From: Lingula anatina
Taxonomy: Eukaryota; Animalia; Brachiopoda
Direction of reading: 5' to 3'
DNA length: 64,000 bases
NCBI GenBank assembly: GCA_051362555.1
Contig: CM120649.1
Location: 10,540,001-10,604,000, forward strand
Part shown: positions 26,301-38,100 of the stretch, piece by piece
Numbering within the stretch: the stretch's first letter is position 1
How the letters are laid out: every line of letters starts with the position of its first letter
Translations under genes and position numbers: made by a program
The notes under the pieces: model-generated
The model's database searches: none
Seen by the model: the letters and a program-made list of their open reading frames with translations, nothing else
What the model was told of the DNA's origin: nothing

Positions 26301-29300
26301 AAAGAGAAAATTCAGTAAAAATAAATATGCAGAAAATAAAAATTGCAAATGGGTTTAAATACTGTTACAAATACAAGTAAAAAAAGCAAAACATCAAAGA
26401 TATGTTGATAATTTTGGTAACTAGCATATATGTATACATGTAGGAAATACATATGCCAAGTTGACTTACTTTCACTGTGGATCTCTTTGCAGTGCTTTGC
26501 ATGTCATCATTCATCTTAGCAGAAATCAGCTGCACAAGGGTGGCAACCAGTTTCTTTGAGAAGTCTTGCATGGCTTTCTGACTGGCCTCAGTTGCAACAT
26601 CACATACATCATAAAATGATGCAAGTAGGCCATGTGTTGTTCCTAGGGTGAAATCCTTCAAAGTAGCCTCTGTGATCTCTTCTGGAAAGTCTGCTTGATA
26701 CTTGTTTACATGACACACAGCATTCACATCATCTGCAATGATTTTGGCAACAAGTTCACCCAAGGACAGATAGGGACTGGGTCCAAAGGCTGCAGTGAGG
26801 GCCATTTCTTCATCTGAAGCTGTAAATTCTGTGGATGGGTCACTGGTCATATTTGCCCTCAATTTCCCTAATGCTGCATCTTGCCTCTTCTGTACAAGTG
26901 CCAGGTTAACTTGGATGGCCTCCCTGAGGTGGTTGACTGATGTAGTAGAAGATGTCTTTGTCAAATTACGTCCATACACATAGCCAGACTTTTTCTGTTT
27001 TAGCTTCAAATCAAGGAGAGATGTTCCTGTTTGTGCACCAATATCTTGAGTGACCTTCAGTGGCTTGTGCTGGTCTTCAACAAAGTTCTTCTCCAAACTG
27101 TGTAGAGAAACTGTCTGCACAGATGCCTGTACATGATCCTTCAACTGGTACTGCTCACCACTCAGTTGTATGTAGTTGCTCAATTCATCCTCCCACACAT
27201 TCACCAGATAGGACCAGTCTTCTACAACTGGAAACACTGCCATCTTTTGTCTCATTCTTGTGAAGATGGAATTCTTATCTCCAGCACCATTCATTTCTAA
27301 CTGGGCCAAAATGTGTACAGCAACTTCCCCAATCTCATCAAATGGAATGTTTGCATCAAACACATTGCCTGCTCTTCCTGCCTTGGTCTCCTCTCGGCAT
27401 AGTACTGGTGCACTTTGGCGGTTGGTCATGAAGCCCATAACCTTGTTTTGCCAACATAGGATGTTGTCTTTAGTTGGCACCTGCGCTGACTGGTATTCTA
27501 CATGCCTGGTGTTCCCCATCATAACATTGAGCATGTCATGGATGAGTCTACTGATAAATCCTGTGGCTCCTTCCTCAAATTCTGGCAAGGTAACTGCTTT
27601 CATTTCTTCCTTGCCTGATACCTTGTCATCCATGTTGGAGGTTTTTGAAGACATCGCATGAACTAAAGATTTTGCCAATGAAGATTTAAACTTGAGGGCA
27701 GATTTTAGTCCTTGGGTCTTCTTAGCATTTCTGTTCTGCACAAACGCAATATCAGATGGAGCCAAAGATCCCACAAATCCTCTCCTTGCAACCCACTGGG
27801 GACTAATCTTTAAAAGTCTTTTCATCCATGTATTCTGCTCACTCTCTGGTAAATCAGCCAGTTTCTCATCTGGGAACCATGTACTGCTTGAATCATCTTC
27901 TCCATCACTAAAAGATTCCCCTTCCTCAATCATGTACTTTAGTTGTGACTTGGCCACTCCCATATAGACAAATAGCCCTTCCACAATGTCCCTTAGAGTT
28001 GACTCTTGTCCTCTGGCTGGAGGGTGTGTACATTCCAGCTGAACATCTTCCCCATACTTACAATACCAGTGACATAAATAGGGATCTTTAGGTGACATTG
28101 CTCTCTTACACAGAAAACAATCAGGCCGAGCATCCAGCTCTTCTTGACTTAGGTTGGTCATCATCTTCTTACGATACTCTGCACTCAGTCTCCTGTTAAA
28201 CCAATCATGCCATTCCTTGTTCTCCTTCTTATCTCTTCTATTTTCAGGTTTCTTGCCCTCATCGAGTTTCTCCAGGATCCAAGCAGGATTGATCCTCATC
28301 ATTTCCCACAGCCAGTACTCACACTCAACTGGTCTCATTTCATTCATTTTCTTTTGTGGGAATGTTGTACCTTTACCATTCACCAGTGTTGGGTCAGGCA
28401 ACTTCATGAAGCCATAGAGAGATTTAACCTCTTCCTGCAGGGTTGCATCTTGACCAGAGATGGGAGGTGTAGCCAAGCCAATCTCAACAGCACGCTCATA
28501 TTTACACAACCAGTGGTAAGGGTATGGATATTTCATATCTACTGGCCTCTTACATAGAATGCACAAAGGCTTGATACCAGCATCTAGATGTTTCTGCTCC
28601 AGAACTGACATCATTGTTCTTGGACATGTTTGAAGAGGTGCTTTGGCTGAGTTCACATCTGTTCCTTTGGCTCCTTTGCTGTCATCTTCAGTGGCATTTT
28701 CTTGTGGTTTTTGGTTCTTGCCATTCTTTTTGCTAGGTCTTCTGGCATTACGATTGTTCTTATCCTTTTTAGGAAGCTTCTGGCGATTTTTTGGTGGCCT
28801 CTTCGTCTTTGGTTTCTTCCCACTTGAAACCGGTTCCTGGTGATCCAGTGGGATTTCCTGAAAGGCAGTGTCCCCAGAAAGAGGTACCTCACCAAACCAT
28901 TTTCCAGTCATCAAAGGAATGTCACCAAAAATAATGTCATCGGGTGACAGTTGGAGCTCTTTATCCTCTTGGCTTGGCTTGGCCTACAAAGATAACATTT
29001 GATAAATATCAAGCAATTCATCTGCATTGATTTGTTATAAGGTTATAATATAAGAACTAAATGGTTATTCATAAAGCAATATATGTTTAAATTGTAAGGA
29101 TAAAATAAATAAATATCAGTTTTTAACAATCTTTATATTAAAATTATTGGCCAGTCAATATCTGCTCAAATAATCTGGCAAGGAATGGGTTTAATGCATC
29201 CTGCCCATTTCTGTTTCACTTGGTACAAAAGTAATTTACCTCTTTCTCTGCCTTTGCAGCACCTGTGCTACTAGAATAAGATTCAGTTAACAAAATTTAG

Positions 29301-32300
29301 AAAGTGCCATGCAATATCATTCAGTAGTTCCGTAAGATAACTGCATCTAGGTATTTAGGTCTTTACATGGTACTGCCTCAGTTAAACACAAATTATAAAA
29401 TAACTAATTAAACTTGTTACTATTCTATACTCAAACAGTAATATGATGAATGATTATATCTATATATATATATCGTTATTACTATTTATTTTTTTTATTT
29501 TTTTATTTTATTTATTTATTATTTGCATCAACTTTTGCTGGATCTTAGCACTGCTAACACAACGCTCAATTTCAAGTTACCAGTATAAGCAAATGGAGTA
29601 TTTCAGGACTTTCACATTTAGAGTAATTACCTTTAAAACAAAGCATTAATTATTCTAGTAAGAAAAAAATTGGTAAAAGTGATCTTACTTTGTGGCACCT
29701 TGGCCTCCAATTGCACCACCCTGTTCACTATTGCCAGCATCACTTGCATTACTGGCAGCACTGCTACTACAAGAGGCAGTATTGTTGTTGTTTCTATTTC
29801 CACTTAAAATATACACCTCTGAAGAGGATCTTGACCTGTAACATATGCAGTTATATGTCTTTAAAAAAACTGAATCAATTTCTTGCATGGTAAAAATATA
29901 CTACTACAGTTATGAATACTAGATCTTTTAAAAGGGGTAAATTGTGAATTTTACAGATACTTTATTTCTAAAGTCATATTTTCTTTTAATTAGGACATTC
30001 CTATTCAATTGTAGCAACAAGAGTAAAAAGCAGGCTACTATATACTTGGCTATTGTATGCAGTAAAAACACCAAAAATGCTGCATAGAAATATAAATTTT
30101 GTGATTATCAAATTTTGCATCTGAAAGTTTGATCATTTTTGCCCATTGAAAAGATTGAATTATTACCATACTTCAAAAATAAAACAAAAATAAACAAACA
30201 AAAAACATTAAATATATAACTGTTTCTTCTACGAGTCACTCTGACATGTAAACATAATGTTCATTGTAAAATGTAATAATTACCTCTGAATGCTGCCACA
30301 TATCTTTCTTTCATGGTCATAAAAAATTTGACTTCTGCTCTTAGGGGGGAAAATGGATGATTGTTTGGAATCAATGTCAACCCTGCTTTTAAAAGAGCAA
30401 GCACCGGAGTCTTTGGAGTGAACGTGTTGAACTTGGCTAGCACTCCAGGATTGGGCTGAAACAATTTAATTTACATAACCTGAATAAGATTTAAACATTC
30501 AAATTATATTAAATATCTTAGGCATACAATGTAGCATACCAGCAAACCACTACCACCCCTAATAGATTACATTTCTTCAATTCCCAAAATAACATTTCAA
30601 CAAACCTTTTGTCAATTTTTCCATATGGTGGGCCTTTCTTTGATTTCTGTTGGTGACCACCTTGTGCTGAACTAAGGAGGACTTTCCTGTGAAGATATCC
30701 TGGCATAGTTCCTCAGATCTTATGTTGCCCAGGACAATTTCACACAAGCAATTTATAAGGCAGATGATGGTGTTGATCAGAAAGGTGAAGAAGAATATGT
30801 TAGCTGTCAACTCTACAGCAATTTGGCTGCTGATGGTTAGGAGGGCTGTTTCCACTAACATATTTCCAAGTAAAGAATTGCCAACTGCAGAAAACAGCAT
30901 CACAAGAGTGAGTGGCCTGGAAAGTACTTTGTTGGAATCCTGTCCACTTCCAAAAAATGGATAAATCCATCGATGATACTGACGGAAGAAACATAATATG
31001 GAGCTCCAGACCAAACTGAAATGTACATGCAAATACACATAAATGCCCATCATAAATGTGTAAAATAAAATGCACAAAGAATCACGTAAAATAAATTTGC
31101 ATAAAAGTGTTTTCTTTTCAGAAAATTAAATTTAAATTAAATAAAGTGGTTTCTCTTCACTTATCAATACTTCATAATATTAAGACATTCTTGAGTGTAA
31201 AAGACACCACTTGAATTTAGCAAATTTGTTTTTATTAAGATGACATTTTTTACAATTTTTCAGAAGGTATAACATATTTGTGTCACTCCTCAACATCAGT
31301 GACACACATTTTGTGGTCATTTAAAATCATTCAACCCACGGACAGCCCAATCCCCAAGAGCACTGAAATTCCAAAGTGCCCATGCACTTTAATGATGAAA
31401 TATATACTAAACACCAAAGATTCACATTCCTCACTCTAATGGTATAGAACAAGATAGCAGAATAGCAATTTGAAGAAAATTAAGAATTATCCATCAGGGA
31501 CAGCCTAAATCCTAGGCACTCTAAAAATCAAAAGTGCTCATGCACATACTTGATGATAGGTTTATCAATAGGGATATGGGCCTAGTCTAATTTTAATAAC
31601 ACCCTGCGTAAGGTTTTGCCTGTGGTGACCAAGTTTCAGAAATGTTCAGAGGTCAGTAGTCTTTGTTTAATAAAAAAATGACATGTAATGGTAAATTTCT
31701 AAAATTTGCACCTTAATATCTAAAAATTTAAGGTTACCTCTTGTAATAAACAGCCAATACTTATGTTTTTACTTCATCTTCTGTATTCTTTCATATATCA
31801 TGGGGGGGGGGGTTGTCATAGAATCGACTAAGATACTCACTTTTTGGTGGAATGACCCATCTTTTTAAATAAAATTCTTGTTTCAGTGTTAAATTTAATA
31901 CCTTTTGCCCTCATCTTTTCTCCAATAATATGTTCAGATCAACAATGGCAGTTACAGCACTCAAAAAAGTGACTATTAAGTTACTTACCAAAATGTTCTG
32001 CCAGCATCTACCAAGGCCAGGGTATGTGTTGCAGGGCCTTCCTTACTAGTGCGCTGAGGTTTCAGCCATTTATTGCAGGAAAACAGCCACTCTCGATCAG
32101 CTTGAGGGTCTGACACAATGACAGAGTCTAAATGCCTAAAATTATGACAAATAATTATTTGAAATTTGATATAACACCAAATCATAGTTTTAACTTAAAA
32201 AGTGTCAAACATATCTGAAAGAAAGTATGTAGTATTTATATCATTGTTTCACTGATAACTTTTATTCCACCAGCTTTTCACATTTCACCATTTCACCTTA

Positions 32301-33517
32301 CTCTACTAAAGCCATGATCTTCCATGTTTTGTTATATACTTGATGACACATAACAAATATAATCCCCCAAACCATTAAAAAAATGGTATGTATTGATTAT
32401 AAGTTGATTATATCTGTGCTGTAATATAGTATATACCATAAAATACTAGCAAGCAATCTAACACCAATTCCTTTTATCATGCAAGTGAACATACCATTTC
32501 CCTTTGACTCCATGTCCTTCTTGAATTATCAGCACATGGGACAGTTCTCCAAGGGGAACTGAAGTTAAAAATTACACAAAACTTCTGTTCAGGACAGCCT
32601 TATATCAATATTTTTTGTTTAAAAAAATATGTTAATATTAGTCAATTTCAGAAACATTCATTTGCAGTATAATGTACGTATCGCATTTTCACTCATACAT
32701 GAGGCACTTGGATAAAGTCATAAAATTATTACTCACCAGTGCTGTATACTAAAAACATGGTTTCTTTCCCCCTAGAGAAGATATTCTGCTTGGTCCCATG
32801 GTCTTTAAGTAAATATTCTTGTGACTTTAAGTGCTTGGAGCACAGTTCCATTTTGATTTTTGCATTGGTTCCTGCATCTAGTGTTTATAAATAAATATCA
32901 AGTTAATTACATGACTAAAAAACAAGAAGTAACTAGGTCTTTCTCATTCATTCAAAATATTGGCAGATAAAATTTAAAAATTATTGCACATATAATCAAA
33001 CAAAAATATTGTCTCATTTTCATACATAAATAATGTCTAATTCTTATAAATCATGACAAAAATTGCTCAACATACTGCCCTTAAAGAAATGCATGATGAA
33101 TTAACTTTACAAACTTGTTGATGAGATGTAGGGGGAAAACAAATCCATAAAATATTGAATTTTACTTCATTCCATAAAGGACAGAATGTTATGGTTATTT
33201 AAGACATGGAGAAAATTTGGAGATACTAGGGTCGGTTGGACCTACACTACAAGAAACACTGCAGCAGGGCCTCCCAATTCTGAATGAAGTATGAATGAAG
33301 TATTTTAATTCTGTAAATCTATATTTATTGTTACGCACTGTATTTTCACATAAAACTTGCCAGTCCAGAGCACCTGCATTATCAAAAATCTTGCCAGTCC
33401 TCTGGTATTTCAAGCAGTCACCACCTGTCAGATAGGCAGTTTCCGCATGTCTGGCCATTAGCATGGCCTTTACTTATGATAACATAATATATTCTGTAGT
33501 TTTTGCAAGGCCAATTT

Positions 33518-33577
<60 letters not shown>

Positions 33578-34915
33578 GCCTTGCAAAAACCACAGAACAT
33601 TTTATCCATTTGGTTAAAAGGCACTTACTTTTTCTAAGTCCAGTCTTAACGGTGATAATGTATGCATAGTGTCCATGAAGATTAGGGACAGCAATAATTT
33701 TTGACTGGAAAAAAATATATATATGTTTTCTGAGTGTAAATAAAAGAACATCTAGATCTGATGGTTTCTTGATACTGAAATAAAAAGTATATTAATCTGT
33801 CAATCCTAATGAAGGCATCACATTAATTTTATCAATTAAATCTTCAAACAAAACATATAACAAAAGTAAAAAAGAAAAAGCATGGGATGAGAAAGGGGTA
33901 GTTGTAAATACCTTTGTCTTAATACGATGATGAAGTATAGCAAAACACCCAACAAAGAATATAAAGATGATAGCCAGAATGCAATGAATTGTATATCCAA
34001 CTGACTCAAAGCTAGGTGGAGGAATGTGTATGAAGGTGTGCAGTAGCCTTTTATCAACAGCCATTCCCAGCTTGGGAGGACTGAGAACTAAAAGAAGGTA
34101 AAAAATAAAAGTAAATAAACTGAAGAAAATGTTAGTAAGAATAAAAAAAGAAGTTTGTTAGTAAGATTAAATACTAAGAAACATAATTGTAAAAAATTAA
34201 TGTTGGGTGTAGATGTTTGAACTAAGCACCACTGGACGACACTGGATGACACTAGAGCTAGTGAGTCTTACTTTTATGTGATTCAAGATATACCGGAGGC
34301 TTTTTACGTGAAATTTATGACATCACTGATTTAGTTGTCTTACCTCTGGCTTGCAATGGTGGTATTGTGCTGTCATCTATTCTTGGTGGGAAGGTACTTG
34401 ATGTTCTCACACTTCTTGCAGTTCTCACAGAAGAGTAGGACCGAAGAAGTTTCTTCATAATATCAGCCCCATGCTGACCCAAGAAAGATCCAACCCCAGC
34501 ACCAGAGGGTAAGGAAGTTCCTGTGTCAAGAGTTAAATGGTATGTCAATACTAATGACAAGAAAAAAAAAACTCCATTGTCAACTTCATTTTCAGAATTG
34601 TTAAAATTTTACCTTTAGTTCATTAACAATTTAATAGCAGAAATTATACCAATGAAAAAAGACACTATGATAGTTACTGTTAATACAGGTAGCCTATAGT
34701 ACTGAAGCCAGTGAGGTGTGGTTTCCTTAGTAGGGGAATAGCAGGTCTCGTGAGCGTATTTCCAGTCTATGTGAAAAAGAAAGTCAGGCGAACAAACAAG
34801 AAAGTCAGGAGAACATACCAGTTTTGAAAATTCAAAAGTTACCTTCTTGGACTGTAATCGCCAAAACCACAAATGTCAACAAACAGTTGACAACGGTCCG
34901 GCTTATCATCTTCAT
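20381..34915 (-). CDS. Polycystin-1-like (PKD1L/REJ-family) PLAT-domain membrane protein, truncated architecture (SP-TM1-PLAT-TM2/3-giant loop-TM4/5), ~2058 aa, 20 exons
   Basis: GT-AG, phase-consistent exons: 34843-34915, 34344-34550, 33912-34087, 33629-33704, 32737-32877, 32495-32558, 31989-32135, 30606-31015, 30284-30455, 29689-29835, 29240-29270, 26470-28983, 26064-26207, 23959-24137, 23530-23677, 23207-23285, 22754-22954, 22407-22484, 21039-21866, 20381-20742 (sum 6177 nt, divisible by 3). PLAT motifs YAYIITVKTGLRKNAGTNAKI, FSRG, PLGELSHV and WHLDSVIV..WLFSCNKWL. Post-PLAT YHRWIYPF motif. PKD1L-type TM4/5 motif FPHWVKYI..AIYG..HWL..EDFFIFQPIK. AATAAA at ~20132-20137 on the minus strand. 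Confidence 0.85.
24264..25959 (-). mobile_element. Non-autonomous hAT-like DNA transposon (internal deletion derivative with decayed TTF-type zinc-finger transposase 5' exons) in intron 13 of the polycystin-like gene
   Basis: TIRs CAGGGTTCTGCCAAGG / CCTCGGCAGAACCCTG; 6-bp direct repeat CAAATA on both flanks (24258-24263, 25960-25965). Minus-strand exon MAASSPKRKL-(frameshift)-QRSILSFMPKST..LTIK|gt at 25264, then an exon from ~24614 reading ..PQKFQHDWLRDYSWLCYDNEADAL* (ZnF_TTF-like F..W...Y.WL.Y). Confidence 0.85.
26470..28983 (-). CDS. Giant 2514-nt phase 0/0 exon 12 of the polycystin-like gene: basic K/R-rich segment, two C-x2-C-x12-H-x2-C repeats and a helical region
   Basis: Lies in the frame of the 849-aa ORF 26365-28914 and extends it 5'. 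Acceptor ctttgtag|GCC at 28983; donor AAA|gtaagt at 26470. Confidence 0.9.
29476..29638 (+). repeat. Dispersed ~170-bp repeat, copy 2 (intronic)
   Basis: Near-identical to 5938-6105. Confidence 0.85.
31989..33704 (-). CDS. PLAT/LH2 domain exons (4-7) of the polycystin-like gene
   Basis: Translated exons give the PLAT_polycystin-type consensus Y-x-I-T-V-K-T-G..AGT-x-A-x-I..F-x-R-G..P-L-G-E-L..W-x-L-x-x-V-x-V..W-x-F-x-C-x-x-W-L. Confidence 0.9.
33492..33597. repeat. (TA)n microsatellite (33520-33575) enclosed by 20-bp inverted repeats
   Basis: TTCTGTAGTTTTTGCAAGGC ... (TA)~28 ... GCCTTGCAAAAACCACAGAA. Confidence 0.85.
34615..34766 (-). CDS. Putative alternative cassette exon giving a ~74-aa signal peptide plus single-TM microprotein
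   Basis: Acceptor tttctttttcacatag|AC at 34766 is in phase with exon 1. It encodes DWKYAHETC..YRLPVLTVTIIVSFFIGIISAIKLLMN*, and the donor AAG|gtaaaa follows at 34613. Confidence 0.5.
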
Positions 34916-35094
34916 CGCTTTGCTGTATTAAATTCAAAATCCACTTGTTCCACCGAACATCTTATCCAAATGAACAGTTTCCATTCAAACAATTCTCATG
35001 AAGTATCAATAAACGAAGTAAAACTCGATTCAATCGCAGAGTAGTATATCCCGACTGCCGCCGTAACTATCTGATCGAGATGTCTGCTCTTTTA

Positions 35095-35102
35095 TGACGT
35101 CA
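35095..35102. promoter_or_regulatory. Full palindromic CRE site (TGACGTCA) in the CpG-rich presumptive promoter of the polycystin-like gene
   Basis: Exact TGACGTCA ~180 bp upstream of the predicted ATG at 34915, in a locally CpG-rich stretch. Confidence 0.4.
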
Positions 35103-38100
35103 CAATATATATGGCGAAATCGAGGCTAGTTGTGTCTGGGTGTGATGATAAATCTTCTTTTTCTACACAAAAGACGAAATCTCAATCATACTTAGTCTAA
35201 TAATTTAGCTCATTTTAAGCCAGGTACTCTGACTTTCTTTTACATTATGGCTTGTGATATCCACAAAATTAACTAAAAATATGACAATTGCTGATGTACT
35301 GCACCCTATCATACACGAGCGCCTTCTAGCGGCTGAATATGAATTCTTCTTATTTTTAAAAATGATAAAATTCCCATAATCCACAGGACATTTAAATTTG
35401 AAATTTACCTTTGAATCATATATTTCCAGATCGATCAGACCACCATTCCATCTCCAGCCTAGATAGCCTACTAGGCTTACAGATAATATTGGTCCTGGAG
35501 CTTTTAAAACCCGTCAGCGACTTTTTCTTCTTTTTTCGGACCGACATAAAAATAACAATATTACTAATGTACACGTAGGCCTGGATTGCAGAGCTGATGT
35601 AGGACGTTTTTTTTTCATATTTAAAAGATATCTAAAGATAAGGTCGAGATGTGTCCGACCTAATCCATGTTTTAAACTTAAAGAACACTCTATACTGTAG
35701 GCCCTATCAAATATTTTATACACACAATGCATAATCATTATCTTCAGTAGGCCCTACACTGTGGAAATATATGCCTCGAACTACACATTGATGATGAAAA
35801 ACGAATAAATTGACTTTTATAAGATAACCTGCATATTTTGACGAGTATTACACATTGAACTTTGCTGGCAACATCCCACCAGATCACATACGAAGTCCAA
35901 ATTTCACCACAATGCTGTGGAACTAATCAATAGGCCTACCTCAATTTCGTCCAAGTTCAGGGTTTTCTTTCTAGACCGATCCGAAGAATCTTATTAGATC
36001 TCAGCCTTTATATAGGCCTAAATAGGCTAAATAGGTATCCACATGTATATGGTATCTAATTTCTCTTTTCTTCTTTGAAATGACCATTATCATCCTTATC
36101 GCCATGAGCTAACGAGTGCGCGGTATTCCTCTGGTACATGTAGCTATAAGGGCAAAGAATCTAAAAGCACTTTGGATAAGGGGTTTTGTAGTTAAGGAAT
36201 AATCCTTCGTCACTTGCTTTCTAATTTCATTGATGCTTAAAGAATGTATTATTAATCTGGAATACAACCGATGCGCTTTTCTTATTTTCTTTCTTTTTTA
36301 AAATTTCTTTAATTTTTTTTGTCAGATGTCCATTGTACCGCTACTCTGCAATCAGTATAAAATCTCCATTATGCAAGTCTCGTCACATGCAAACTCTGCA
36401 TGTGTTTTGAATAAAGAATAGATCTTTTATTAGGCCGTTGGTTTTGTAAGGCTGCGCTTTCGATTACTTTTGATCCATATCGGCCCCTACACTGTGTGAA
36501 TTTTATTAGAGTGGTGTGACATCTGATATGCGCCATAGTCTACTTAATGGTTCGTTGATTTTAGTGCTTTTTGGAAACCAACGAAATTATTTTTGGGTTG
36601 TTTTTCTGTACAGACGTTCTTTACATAAAAGTGCAACTGATCTATGACGCAGACGGGGAAAAACTACTGGTTTTCAATGTGGTCGGTTGCAGCGAGTGTT
36701 GGACGTTCTACAATGTATTATCCGTTGATAATTTTAATTAAAACACCCAAATCCATTTTAGAGGTGCAAATGAGGTCACAGGCACGCTCTTAAAAATTTA
36801 GTGCACAGATTGCAAACTATATTTGATTATTTTATGGTCCCACATGAAGAGGTTTGTATCAAAGTTTCACTCTCCTGGAACCATGAATAATAACAAATAC
36901 TTAATCGTCTAGCCCCCAAAAAGGAACAAACGTTACTGTCACAAATGCAGAACGTCCAACTGTGAAACGTTTTACTCACTCTGAAAATTCAATCATCACT
37001 GGTTTTGTTCTTTGATTTTTCTCCTACAAGTATAACGTTGTAATCTTCTGTATAGAGCAATTACTTGTTTTTGAGCGACTTTAGTTTGCTTGTCACGGAA
37101 TATTAGAAGAAAAAAAAAACAGGTTAACGTGAACTGTGCGCTTCAGATTTACGATAATACTACGGCCTACGGGCTTATGATTTTCAAAATTTGTCAAAAG
37201 TTACTAGCTTGACATAAAACGTAGCGGCCACGGAGGCCGCCTCCGCTCAGACGCAGCAAGAAAAGGGATTTACGGACAGTGTACGTGCACCGTTAAGAAT
37301 TTGGGTATTTTCTTTTTAAATAACATGCAATGTTAGGAAGTTAACTTTATCTTAAATTAATGTTATTGCCATCACTCGAATTTTAACGGCCTGTACCTCT
37401 TGGGTATAAGCTGATGGCATCAACTGGGCCACTTTCAGAGGGTATCATAATTCCCGGAAGACCACCGAGATCATAATATGGTAAATACATGAACGTGGTC
37501 AAATTACAACGTGCATTATATGTTAATTACCTGTATATGAGAACGTAACAAGATAAAACTAACCTCCTTCTACATGGTCACAAATCGCTAGTTAACACCT
37601 TGTCAAAATGACAGAATTTTTTAAACTGTCGCAAATTTCTTAATAGATAATGTCTGATTTCATACTCTGAACTAACCACTCAACCACCCTCAGGTTGATT
37701 CCCGCCCACTGCCTACACCCTCCCACAGCTGCCCTCCGAAGTGCCAGGTCCTCCAGCCTCCCCTGTAATTAAGTAATTTTTAAAATTATGCTTTCAGTAT
37801 TTATCATAATAAAACTTTTTTCTCTTCTTTTCTCCATAATAAATAGATGTTTATTAGTTAATTGGTTACATTTTTAACTTATCTTAAGATGAGCACATAA
37901 TGCTTAATAGCGATTTGCCATCTTCATGTGTGTATACTATTTATATTTCTCATAAACTAATAAATGTGCTTAAAAATCATAATATAAATTCGTAAGTGTT
38001 ACATGTATCATAGTGGTGATTTCATGGTTAAAATACGTTTCAGAAACTTTTTTATTTTGAACCAATTATGTTTTGGTAAAATGTATTTAGGCGTCAAGGT

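Noticed and set aside
26795-28895. Plus-strand and alternative-frame ORFs overlapping exon 12 (and 21392-21769, 20550-20798)
   Set aside because: Antisense or shadow frames of the real minus-strand exons.
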